This document shows positions 26,525 to 38,440 of a stretch of 64,000 bases of DNA, in pieces (the stretch's first letter is position 1; every line of letters starts with the position of its first letter). The DNA is taken from NCBI GenBank assembly GCA_951406725.2, contig OX597832.1, positions 372,001 through 436,000 on the forward strand. Direction: 5' to 3'. The stretch comes from Octopus vulgaris. Lineage: Eukaryota. The notes beneath the pieces were generated by a model. The model was not told where the DNA came from, did no database searches, and was given only the letters and a program-made list of their open reading frames with translations. The position numbers and the translations under genes were made by a program.

Positions 26525-27749
26525 GTAAATAATGCAATTTTTTCAGTTGCATGAACTAAAAGTCAGAGGGAGATGAGATAGATGACATGCATGAACTTGC
26601 AATAAAAGCAGGTAGTAATTTTACCTTGTATTTATTCTTAGTGCAAGTTTTAAAGAGTGCAGTTTGATTTTAACAGTTATTTTTTCAAAGCTATAATGGA
26701 AGGGACAAAGGAACATATTCAGCATATTTTGTTTTATGAATTCAATAAGGGCAACAATGCAATGGAAGGTGTGAGGAATATTAATGCAGTATATGGGGAT
26801 CGGATAATAAGCGTAAGCCAGTGCCAACAGTGGTTCCAGAAATTCCAAGCTGGAAACTACAGCCTAGAAGATGAGCCTTGTCCTGGAAGATCAGTAGAGC
26901 TCGACAAAGATGTCCTGCAAACCCTGGTGGAACAAAATCTTAACTATTGAGGAACTAGCAGAGAAGCTTGGATTTGGTCATTCAATCATTCATCAACACC
27001 TGCGTGCCATCGGAAAAGTCAGAAAATTGAGTCAGTGGCTTCCTCACAAACTTTTCGAGTCTAATCATGTACAGAGAGGGAATGTGTGCTCTTCTTTGCT
27101 GTTACATCTCATGAATGAACCCTTTTTAGACCGAATAGTGACTGGTGACAAGAAATGGGTTCTCTATAAAAATGTCAAGTGCCAAAGACAGTGAATAGAG
27201 ACAGGAGAAACATCAGCAACCCAGGCTAAAGAAGGTCTTCACCTATGTAAGGTGTTGTTATCTGTTTGGTGGGATATGAATGGTTTGGTCCACTTTGAAC
27301 TTTTAGACCCAAACCAAATGATAACAAAGGAGATCTACTGTGAGCAGCCCGAGTGGCTTAAGTGAGTGCAAGAAGAAAAACGACCATCTTTGGTTTCAAG
27401 ACAAAAGGTTTTCTTCCATCAGTATAATGCTTGGCTACATACAGCAAGGATAACATTCCAAATGCTGGACATTGCCCCATCTGATTATCATTTATTCTGC
27501 AGTCTTCAAAATCACTTGGACGGAAAAAATATGAATTCTGTAAACGAGGTCAGAACAGAACTGGAGGAATATTTTTCATTATAGACAAGTGCATTTTGAA
27601 AGAAGAGCCTTGCAAGCCTATCAGATAGATGGAATAGCATTGTAGAAAATGAAGGAGAGTATATTTCAGATTAAAAAAGAACTTCGTTTATCTTAAATCT
27701 GAAAAATAAAAGAAGTATTAAAAACCATATTATGTATGGGATGACCCAA
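26525..27749 (+). mobile_element. mariner (DD34D) transposon, frameshifted, left TIR truncated
   Basis: Transposase ~26696-27674: MEGTKEHIQHILFYEF, WFQKF..EDEPCPGRS, WLPHKL, RIVTGDKKWVLY, IAPSDYHLF. Right TIR ...TATGGGATGACCCAA followed by TA. Confidence 0.9.
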
Positions 27750-27773
27750 TACTTATCTATCTATATATATTTT

Positions 27774-27825
<52 letters not shown>

Positions 27826-27828
<3 letters not shown>

Positions 27829-29442
27829 TCATCATCATCATTTAGCGTCCGCCTTCCATGCTAGCATGGGTTGGACAGTTCAACTGGGGTCTGTGAAGCC
27901 AGAAGGCGAGGCTGGCAACAGCCACGATCGGATGGTGCTTTTTACATGCCTCCGGCACGGGGGCAAGGCGAGGCTGGCAACGGCCACGAATGGATGGTGC
28001 TTTTACGTGCCACCGGCACGGGGTCCAGGCAAGGCTGACAACGGCCACGAATGGATGGTGCTACGTGCCACCGGCATGGGTGCCAGGTGAGGCTAGCAAT
28101 GGACACAAACGGATGGTGCTTTTACGTGCCACCGGCACGGAGGCCAGTCGGGGTGGCGCTGGCAACGGCCATGATCGGATGGTTCGCTTACTTGTCATCG
28201 GCACTGGTACCACAGCTGCAATTTCCATTGATGTTGATCGAGTTCGATTTTGGTTCTGCTTTCTGATATCGGGTTTGATTTTGATTTTGATTTTCACTTG
28301 CCTCAACGGGTCTTCACAAGTGGAGTTTTGTGTCCCAAGAAGGAAAGGTATGTAGGCCACAGGTTATGTTCTCACTAGTCTTGCCGGGTCTTCTCAACGC
28401 ACAGCATACTTCTATAGGTCTCGGTCTCTAGTCATTTCCTTGGTGAGACCTAAAGTTTGAAGATCGTGCTTCACCACCTCATCCCAGGTCTTCCTCTTCC
28501 ACAGGTTCCCTCAACTGCTAGGGTGTGGCACTTTTGCACACAACTATCTTCAGCCATGCTCGTCACATGACCATACCAGCGCAAACGTCTCTCTTGCACA
28601 CCACAACTGATGCTTCTTAGGTCCAACTTTTCTCCCAAGGTACTTACACTCTGTCGAGTATGAACACTGACATTACACATCCATCGGAGCATACTGGCCT
28701 CATTTCTTGCGAGCTTACGCATATCCTCAGCAGTCACAGCCCATGTTTCACTACCATGTAGCATGGCTGTACGTACACATGCATCATACAGTCTGCCTTT
28801 TACTCTGAGTGAGAGGCCTTTTGTCACCAGCAGGGGTAAGAGCTCTCTGAACTTTGCGCAGGCTATTCTTACTCTAGCAGTTACACTTTCAGCACACCCA
28901 CCCTCGCTACTGACTTGGTCACCTAGGTAGCGGAAGCTATCAACTACTTCTAGTTTTTCTCCCTGGAACGTGGTAGAAGTTGGTCTCTGCACATTTTCAG
29001 TGTTTATTGCTCCTGAGCATCTGCCACAGATAAAAACTATTTTCCTAGTTAGCCTTCCTTTGACATTGCTACATCTCTTATGTGTCCATAGCTTACACTT
29101 GGTGCACCTTATAGGAGTCTCTACCTACGCCTATTTTACAGATTGAACAGGGCCATCTACCAGAAGGCGTTTGTGATTGGTCTACCTTCCTACTTATTAG
29201 GACTTTGGTTTTGGCTAGGTTGATTCTAAGGCCCTTCGATTCTAAACCTTGCTTCCACACCTGAAACTTCTCCTCCAGTTCTGATAGTGACTCAGCAATT
29301 AGAGCAAGGTCATCAGCATAGAGGGGCATCCTGTCTTGAATTCCTCCATTATTGCCTGGAGGACTATGATAAATAGGAGGGGACTGAGGACTGAACCTTG
29401 GTGGACCCCAACCTCTACCCGGAATTCTTCACTGTACTCGTT
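27826..29442 (-). mobile_element. RTE-clade LINE, 5'-truncated
   Basis: GVHQGSVLSPLLF, LYADDLALIA, FRYLGD, LHGSETW, LRWYGHV, RGRP; tandem 3'UTR repeats and a (GAT)n tail; flanked by (TA)n. Confidence 0.93.
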
Positions 29443-29639
29443 ATATATATATATATATCTATACACACACACACTCCATGGTGGTGTATATATGTACATA
29501 TGAGGGGTTTAGTTCGCTGATGATCAATACCAATAGGTATGCTGCTTAAGTGCTATAATTAGTCATCCATTAGGTTCTAAGTTCACAGCTGAGGCTGGAG
29601 CTAGGGATCTGTATAAGGCTTCCAAGTCAGGAGGTATAT

Positions 29640-30400
29640 ATTAAAGGAAAAGGAAAGCAAAACCAAGGCAGGACATGTGTCTCAGGTCATTTAGAATATT
29701 TAATTAGAATAAGGTGAATCAAAAATGGAGAAGTAGAATGTTTCTGGGATATCCGTCATCAGAAAGGTGTGTATGCAGGAAAGTTCCAGACAGAGAATTC
29801 ACAGTATTTAAAAGAATAAAACAGTAGATAGGAGAATAAAGTTCACAATTCATCTTGTTCCAGAGGGTATGGAAGTTAGTCCATGGAAATATGGACTAAC
29901 CTCCATACCTTTATTCTCCTGTCTTTATTCTTCTATCTACTGTTTTATTATTTTATATACTGTGAATTCTCTGTCTTGAACATTCCTGCATACACACATT
30001 TTTGATGACGGAATAAACCAATGTATGGACATATTGACCCATAACCTGGGATATCCTGAAAATAGCTGTAAGACATTAACCCTTTTGTTACTATATTTAT
30101 TTTGAGATGTTCGGTGTTTCTTTCAATTACTTTAAATATATAAAAGAATTTGATAAAATAACTTAGTTATCATTCAGCTAGTGTTAGGAACATAAAAGGT
30201 TTGGTGGAAAATTTTAATTCAAAACTTATGAAAACAAGACAATTGTACTCAGAGCCAGAGCTGGTTTCAGCCGGGTTGGTAACAAAAGGGTTAATTACTT
30301 CTACTTCTCCACTTTTGATTCACTTTACTCTAATTAAATATTCTAACTGACCAGAAATACACGTCCTGCTTTGGTTTTTTTTTTCCTTATCCTTTAATGT
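29640..30400. repeat. Long imperfect palindrome of a Penelope-type 3' tail, centre ~29885
   Basis: 29640-29860 is the reverse complement of 29905-30075 plus 30295-30400. The central hairpin is GGTATGGAAGTTAGTCCAT/ATGGACTAACCTCCATACC. Confidence 0.8.
30080..30290. mobile_element. piggyBac-type MITE
   Basis: TTAA TSDs (30076-79, 30291-94) and 12-bp TIR CCCTTTTGTTAC/GTAACAAAAGGG; interrupts one arm of the palindrome. Confidence 0.88.
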
Positions 30401-30469
30401 GTGTGTGTGTGCACGCATATGTACATATGTGTTTGTGTGTGTATACACACACACACATAATATAAACAA

Positions 30470-33400
30470 GATTCCGTTGAATAAGATACTTATAGTTAAG
30501 GCGCCTAGTTAGGTCAGAATAAAGCACACACAACAATTTTTAGATGAATACCAACCTTGGTACAGAAGTATTGGCAGAATGAATACCAAGGCTGGTATTC
30601 ATCTAAAAATTGGTTATGCATGCAGTTAATTTGAATCAACTGAGCATATAATCCTTTTAGCTAGGAAAATTATAATCAAATTTGAAGGTAAACTATGGAT
30701 GAGAAGCGATACCCCTGATAATTGTGATATCACCATTGGTTAAAGCGACTTGGCCATTGAGTTGGACCCTACCCTCCTGCACTGTCTTAGTTCCCTGATG
30801 TACTTGGTGGTCTTTATAGGGATGACGTGTTGTTTGTTATACCAAATAATAGTAGGGTTGTCACAAAAGAACATGTAAAAAAATTAGGAAATTTTTTTAG
30901 AAACTTTAACTTGGACCTTACTTTTGAATATGACACCAAAGTAGTACATTTTTCTTAGATGCAACATTAAATCTGAATTCTGGTTTATACTATCCATACA
31001 GAAAACTGGAGAAAGTTACTTGATATGTGAATAGATCTTCAAATGACCCCACTTTTGTTTTAATGTCATTAGCAATGGTAATTTCACAAAGGATTATGCA
31101 ATTATCAGCTAATGTAGGTAAATTCAATTCCTATTCCCATTTTTACAATTCTGCTCTATCCAAGGTGGGACATAAACAAGATATCTTTGAAAACTCTGAC
31201 AATATGAACACCTATGATAACAAATTAGCAAATAGTCAGATCATTAAGACTAAATTGAGTGATAAAATAAACCAAGAATATAGGAATATTGACCATTATA
31301 AAAATCCAACTGAATCCTCTGAACTTGATAGGAATGAACATAGATCTAAGAAAACTAACATATAGATCTAGTAGAGGTGTTCTTTGTAGACCAAATTGAA
31401 TCATTTGCCGGAATTATAGCAATAATAGATCGGATGATAGAGGTAAAATGGCGTCTTATAAGCACACTAAAAGTGAAGAACTGGACGGAAAAAACGAGGT
31501 CAATACTAGCTGTAAATATATTGTAAATATTTATGGTAATAACATAAACAAGCATGTATTGCAAAGGTTGGGAACTAACCAGAGGCCTGGTAAGGGGAAC
31601 TTGCTCAAAAGTAAGAATGCACAGAAGGGTGACATAATCTGGTATACTCCGCGTTTCAATTGTGCAATAACCACTAATCTGTATAGAAAATTTCTGAAAA
31701 TATTAGAGAAAAATTTCCCTCCTTCACATAAATATAGTAGATTATTTTCATGTTGGAATATTAGAGTCTCCTATTCTACCCTGCCTAATCTGGGTACAAT
31801 AAAACTGGCCTGAATAGGAAAAATATGACACTGGCCTGTAGTGATAATATTGATAATAGTAATATTAATATAGGCCCTACTAACACTTTTAATAAACTTA
31901 ATGACATGAATATCAATAGTATTAAATTTCCCTGTAACCCTATAAATAGGGATTTGTTTAATAATTGTAAGTCTAGCAACCCTAATATGAGTACACCTAA
32001 TATGGAGAGTAATATGAATAAGAATAGTAAACAAGATGGGGCTGTGAATAATAAATATAGTGGGAACCAAGCACTTGCACTTGATTGAAATCATGTGCTT
32101 ATAAAAATGCTGCTGATCCAACTTCAGTTAGTAGTAGTTGGAACCAGATGAATGGGTAAAGGGATGCCAGTGGACCACCAGTGGTACCCTCTTCATCCTA
32201 CATGCAATCTGTATATGTTGATTACATAACCCCTAACAATACTAACCATAACTTGTGGGGTAATAGGCCTAATATTAACCAAAGTAGTGTAGACATAACC
32301 TCTGATACTAACTCTATGGACATTAGTAGTATCCCTGATGATGATTCTATGATTGAAAGTAATATAAAAGTGAAATCTAGTGCTAAAAACAGCAAATGTA
32401 ATTGTAAGGACAGGTTCCCATTGTCCACTATTAAATTGATGCTTAGCAAAGAGTGTAATATATAGATATACAGTTATGACATATAACTTTATTAATATCA
32501 GGTGCTCAGTAGATATAAAAAACGATTGCATAACCATTTTTCATCTTTTAAACTTAGGCATAAAGCCAATAGCATGTCATTAACTATGAAGATCTGGGAA
32601 CTCAAGGATAATAATATTAAATTCAGCATAAAGTGGGATATAATGCATAGTTAATCAAGTGTTCTTTAATATGTTTTATATATAGTCCTTTCTCGAGATT
32701 TGATGCTTTATAACTTATATGAAACTAATTATTCTTTGTTTGTAGAGTATTATTCTATAATAGGAAATTTACTTGTTCTATTTATTCTTCATTTACTTAG
32801 TATTTTATCATAACTATAGTTTACTTATTAAACTTGTACTTCTTCAAGAGAGAAACACAACTAAATACTAGATTTTAATAGCTGCTGGATGACTGGTGGA
32901 GATTCATGAGGATCACATTTATCTCCTCTTTCCCTTTTATACTATGAATCCTTATAACCTATACCAAAATATTACATCTCTAATATTACTGTAATACGAT
33001 TTACTTTCTGTTACCCCTAAGTATATCTGAATATATATTTATGATCAAAAGATCTGTATACATTTATGCATATAATTCTCACTAGGTATCAAACTGTTTA
33101 ATAAGACAATCTTTTTTACACTTTATCTATCCAGTGGATTATGTTTTACATTTTCCACCCCTTTCTATGATATATTTTGTGTATAACATCTACTTATTAT
33201 TTATTTATTAGTATTAACATTATTTTTCATACTATAACTTTATCCTCCCATAATTACAGTGTACAATTTCAAAATCTTTTTAATTTTGCTTTTTAAAATA
33301 TTTAAAAATATTTTTAGTATCTTTATATTTCTTATTGTTATGATATCATAGTTTTGCTACTTTATATGATATTTCTTTATTCCCATTCAATGATTTCCAA

Positions 33401-34060
33401 AGTCATGTTTTAGGGCCTTTCTACCCCTTTACCACTAAAACCCTGTCTTCTCTATTCTTTTATTCTTCTAAATTCTTTTCTATATTAGTATAATGGTAAT
33501 TAGTAAAATGTTAAGATTGGCTGCTTTCTTATTTTCATTTATCTTCTCCTTTTCACTCTCCTCTTCTTTGTTTGGTAGCAGTGATTAAGTCTGATATTTT
33601 GGCTCCATCACAAATGACCTTAATAATTAAGTAGGTTGGTATGATCATGAATCATTGATTCTTACTCCTTTTCAGTGGACAATAAACCTCTTCTTAGATA
33701 AATGGAGCCACTTCTTCCTCTGTTGTTGAGAATGGAGACAATTAGGTCACTGGAAGTCACTCCTTCCCCCTCGATAACAAGCCAACTAACCCCTATATTT
33801 TTTGAAATCCCACCCCTCGCTGAACTGATTGAATGTACATTGTTTTGGTAAACTCATTTGCAACTGAACTAGTGGCAGAATCATTGAATATGTATGTTGC
33901 TGTAGATTTTAAATTATTTAAAATTATGTTAAATGTCCTTGATTGTAAAATTCATGTATTCATCTGAAGAAAATGGTTTTTTATAATGATATAATGTACT
34001 CATTAATCAATTAAAAAATTCATTAGAAATGGCTGTAATGAATTGACACCTGTCCTTCAA
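30470..34060 (+). mobile_element. Penelope-like retroelement, decayed (RT + GIY-YIG)
   Basis: GLYRDD at ~30809-30826, FLDATLNL, YHPYRK, IIWYTPRFN...NFPPSHKYSRLF...VSYSTLPNL, and a GIY-YIG remnant (KKRLHNHFSSFKLRHK..KIWELKD). Hammerhead-like motif at the 3' end. Boundaries are approximate. Confidence 0.82.
33958..34043 (+). ncRNA. Degenerate type I hammerhead ribozyme (Penelope-associated)
   Basis: Stem I ATTCAT/ATGAAT, core CTGAAGA, weak stem II, then GAAA-TGGCT-GTA. Confidence 0.55.
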
Positions 34061-34759
34061 TTGTTACTTTATATATATATATACACATACATACATATGC
34101 ATATATGAGTACAGGACGTCACCAACATAAACAACATGAAATAAGAAAACAAAGCAAGTTACATACGCAAACAATGAGAAAAAATGGAAAACAGGTAAAC
34201 AGAGAATGAATCTTCATCAGTTGTCGGCTGTCTATCTACTCCTCATTTCAAGCATTCAATGACAATATGAGTCTTCAAAGACAGTTGCTCCCATAAATTT
34301 CAAAATAAAATTTAAGATTTATAGAGGGTTGTTAAACCAGAATGAGAGGAAAATAGTGAATGCTGGGAGAAATATTTTCTTTGTAGAGGAAAGAGAGAAG
34401 AGAGAGAAAAAGAAAATGTCCAGTCCTTTGAACGTCCTTGCAGGAAAAGAAAGATGGACGATGATCATGTGTGAGCAATGAGAGAGAGAAAAAGAGAAAG
34501 AGTGAAAGAGAGATAGAAAATGGTGAAAGGGAAGAAAAAGGGAATCAGAGAAGGATGAGAGAAGAAAACAGTATAGAGTAGAGTTGCATCAGAAAGGTTA
34601 AGATAGACTTACTTGGAAATGGATGCGTGGCTTTCAATTAAATAATAATATAAATAATATATATAAATATATATATTATTTATATTATTATTTATATATA
34701 TTATTTACATATATTATTTATATATATATATATATATATTATTTATATTATTATATATA

Positions 34760-34798
<39 letters not shown>

Positions 34799-34887
34799 AT
34801 TATTGTCTAATTGAAAGCCACGCATCTATTTCCAAGGAAGTCTACAAGGTTATTGTATCTGAAGTCAATTCCAATAGAATTAAGTTT

Positions 34888-35277
34888 ATGTCAAGTAACT
34901 CTAAGATTAAAAATTCTATATACCAGTGTATAATCAGTACTCGTAATAAAGTACGATTTTACATTGGAAGCACATCGTTAGAGTTATCTAAAAGAATTTC
35001 TATCCATTACTCAACATTTAGGGATAGAAATAAACATAATAGTACCGGTCTCAGCAAACTGATTTGGGATTTAAAAGACCACAATGAACAATTTCATTTA
35101 GAATGGTTGATTCTCTCAATTTCGATACCATATGACAAAGGCAAGAAATTCTGTCTTCTCTGCAATTCTGAGCAATTTTTCGTTATTTTTTCTAAAAATA
35201 CTCTAGTAAACACGGTTATAGAACGAGCATACAGATGTAAGCATTGGCAAAAATATACATTTAGTGCATATAAGTAG
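34888..35277 (+). mobile_element. Penelope GIY-YIG endonuclease domain ORF (5'-truncated PLE)
   Basis: IYQCII...FYIGST...KRISIHYSTF...TGLSKLIWDLK...W.I....PY....CLLC.SE...CKH matches the PLE GIY-YIG pattern. Confidence 0.88.
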
Positions 35278-35480
35278 TCTCTATCATTATATATAATTTA
35301 AACTTTAATTTCCTTTATATTTAACATTCACTATTGGTATCCCTATTCTTTCTGTTAGCTACTTATGACGTTATATCATATAATGTTTTTTTTAAACAAT
35401 ATTAATAGCGTTCTGTCTATCGCTAATACAAATCCATCATTTTTTGCTAAAATGTCTTATTGACGAGTTTCGCTTTTTTC

Positions 35481-35566
35481 ACTTTCATGAGGAGAAGATT
35501 GCATTGTTTATACTATTTATTCTTTTGAATAGTATCAGTGGAATTTTCGAAACATGTGTCGAAAGT
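35481..35566 (+). ncRNA. Type I hammerhead ribozyme-like motif (C3A core change) in Penelope 3' tail
   Basis: Stem I ACTTTC/GAAAGT; core aTGAGGA; long stem II GAAGATTGCATTG/CAGTGGAATTTTC with inner ATACTATT/AATAGTAT; GAAAC-ATGT-GTC. Confidence 0.65.
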
Positions 35567-35784
35567 AAAAATATTTGATTACACCTGCGTTAAACTCCAT
35601 TTATTTATTCATATATTATTCAAATTATTCAACGTAAACACGAAGTTTCTACCTTTATAAACAAGGAGTTACAACATCTTTACTTGTGAGACTTTTGCTA
35701 CCCTGGTAACTATTTATTTATTTTTTCCGTGTTAAATATACACTCATCTATTTATAATATATATATATATGCATGTATATATTT

Positions 35785-35835
<51 letters not shown>

Positions 35836-36099
35836 CATACACACAAACGTACATTATGTGGGTGATATTTTTATCCGAAATGTTACTAATCATATCTGAT
35901 TCTTCAAGTGTTTCAGTTCTGTGTATGTGCATATATTTACTAGATTACTGACATTAATGGGCTGACATTAACGGGTTTTCCCCATTGTATTGATGTGCCA
36001 TTTTCTATCATTAATAAGACTGACAGAATTTTTGATGACATGGGTATACTAGTATAAATATGCTTTTTTATCAGGCTTTCTTAATCCTTATGTTCTTTT

Positions 36100-36560
36100 T
36101 TGATGTCTATTGTGGGATCTGGTTAAAGATCCTGGAAGCAGTAGATGCGTTTCAATGCATCCAGCTCATTATGGCGGTTCTGGCTAAGTGCCTTCTTAAT
36201 GATGTGTACCTCTGTGATCCTGACATTAACTGCATCTATCCCCCTTGCCAGTATCTGGGTGAAGAAACCTGCACCACAGTGTTGGTGGTTGGAACATAGC
36301 ACAGAGTGGTGTGGCCTTGTGGAGGTGTTCCTTTACTCTAAGGTGAAGTTATCTTCTGGTTGATCCTATGTATCTCCACAAGAGAATTTGGTACACTGTG
36401 TTGGATTTAAAACACAGCCAGACACTCTTTATTGGTTGTATTGTTTTGATAGAAGATTGGTAGTGTCTGAGTGCGTGGTCCCAACTTATGATTCTGACAG
36501 GGAGGCCAGATCTCTTGATGTTGTTTCTTAACTTGTCTCTACTGCCTCTCCATAGTATAG
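36100..36560 (-). mobile_element. Decayed Penelope (Poseidon-like) GIY-YIG fragment
   Basis: With frameshifts the minus strand reads YQI..GDT.IGSTRR*LHLRVKEHL...FTQILARG.DAVNVRITE. Confidence 0.55.
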
Positions 36561-37065
36561 TAGATTAATGTAGATTCAGTGTTTACTCTTCTCCCTTTTC
36601 ATTCTTCTGTTGGCCTGCTCTCTTTCATTCTTCCACTCCTTTGGTCATTTATGGTTCCAGTCTGGTTACTGTTGCTTTTGATGTTGTAGTTGTTGATTTG
36701 AAAGTGCTAATGAGATATAGCTAAAACACACAACAACAAGGCTCTCAAAAGGTCACACACCACATGTATGATAATCTTTCTATTTATCAATCTATCTGCC
36801 TATATATATTTATCAACCTGCCAGTCTATTTATTTATCTACCTATCTACTTTTATACCCTTAAAACTTTTACATTCATGAACGTTTAAAACTTTTGTATA
36901 CATAAATCTATTATGGAAAATTACACCTCCTCATACCTCTTTGTACTCTACAACTTTTTATTGAATTTATATCTTGTCTTATTTTATTTCCCTCTCTTTC
37001 AGTACCTTCCTAACCTCTTCTAGTAATGGTGGTTCCCTGTTATTTTACTATATACATATATATGT

Positions 37066-37343
37066 GAAGGCACATGTTCAGTGGTTACAGCATCAGACTC
37101 ACAATCATGAAGTAATGAGACTGGGCTGTGTATTGTGTTCTCGAGCAAGACACTTTATTTCATGTTGCTCCAGTTCACTCAGCTGTAGAAATGAGATCAC
37201 TGGTGCCAAGTTGTATCAGACTTTGCCTCTCCATCAGATAACATTGGTGGCATGGAAAAGGGAGGCCGGTATGCATGGGCTGCTGGTCTTCCATACACAA
37301 ACTTGCCCTTACTTGTGCCATGGAAAGAAACTTTCTAGGAGCA

Positions 37344-37345
<2 letters not shown>
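37066..37345 (+). mobile_element. tRNA-derived SINE, decayed
   Basis: A-box-like GTTCAGTGGTTA head and CTCGAGCAAGACACTTTATTTCA core; ends at (TA)n. Confidence 0.55.
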
Positions 37346-37387
<42 letters not shown>

Positions 37388-38059
37388 TATACATACGTGT
37401 GTGTATGTATGTATGTATGTATGTGACAGGATACTCAATAGGATGTCAAAATACCTCCATACATAAACCTATGATAACATGTTATGATATATAAATGAAT
37501 AGAGAACAAAAACACCAACAATGACTTTAACTTTCTAAGCCCTATTGAATTTAGTTTCTGCAGCCCTACTGAAAACCTTAACAATTTGTCAAAACTTTAA
37601 TGTCTGTTATATTATATTGTCATAGGATGGATATCAATGTTTATAATTAATTGCTTCAAGGCTTCATAGGCTTATTGCAACCTCAGTTTCCTATATAATT
37701 CAATATACTTTTTCACTCAGCATATGTAATTTATTCCTTTGCATATCCATGTAGGCATATTGTGGTCATTATCTTTGGTGCTTTTGATTTCAATTCTCAG
37801 CTTATTTTCATAAAATATTTTTTCCTCTTTAATTTATCCAGCTGTTGCTCCTAATCATAACATTGTTTACATTTATTGAGCATATTTCACTGTGATAGGT
37901 CATCATCGTACTTTTGACTAGTCTCAAAATATCTTTCTTCATACAGAAAGAGAAACTTTTGTCTCAAACAAGTTGCAGCTTTCATGGTAACTGTTATATA
38001 ATCAATAGCATACATTATTATGTTTATGTATCTGTTTTGCAAGATTCGTGATGTGAAAT

Positions 38060-38440
38060 CACGTGTTGAAATAGTTATATTTTGGGACAGTCATTTTTTT
38101 CTTTTGTCAAATAAACACATGCACTATACACTTGTTCTTCACTTCTGCTTTATTATTGTTCTTATTTTATTGTCCTTTGTTTGAAATCTTTCATCACACA
38201 TCTTGTGACCTCTTCAGCGATTCTGCACCCCATGTGTCTCCTTCAGGACGGAAGGAGACATGTGGGATGGAGAATCACCGAAGAGGTCACAGGATGTGGG
38301 ACAAAAGATTTCAAACAAAAGACAATAAAATAAAAGAACAATAACAAAGCAGAAGTGAAGGATGAGTATGCAGTGCATGTGTTTATATGGTAAAAGTAAA
38401 AAGAAAAAAAATGACCATCCCAAAATATAACAATAACATA
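38060..38440. repeat. ~380-bp imperfect palindrome, centre ~38245
   Basis: The arms are reverse complements; the centre is CCCATGTGTCTCCTTC/GAAGGAGACATGTGGG. Confidence 0.85.

Noticed and set aside
27842-28360. GC-rich overlapping ORFs here and at 44975-46111, 48408-49040 and 50082-50513
   Set aside because: These are tandem repeats of the RTE 3' UTR, not genes.
33666-33825. Minus-strand open stretch with AG/GTAAG boundaries as a possible upstream CREB3L exon
   Set aside because: The translation has no CREB3-family similarity, its open frame ends in phase 2 rather than the phase 1 needed, and it lies within a Penelope tail.
34195-34290. Minus-strand GAAA...CTGATGA arrangement as a hammerhead
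   Set aside because: I could not close the required stems, so the core words alone are insufficient.
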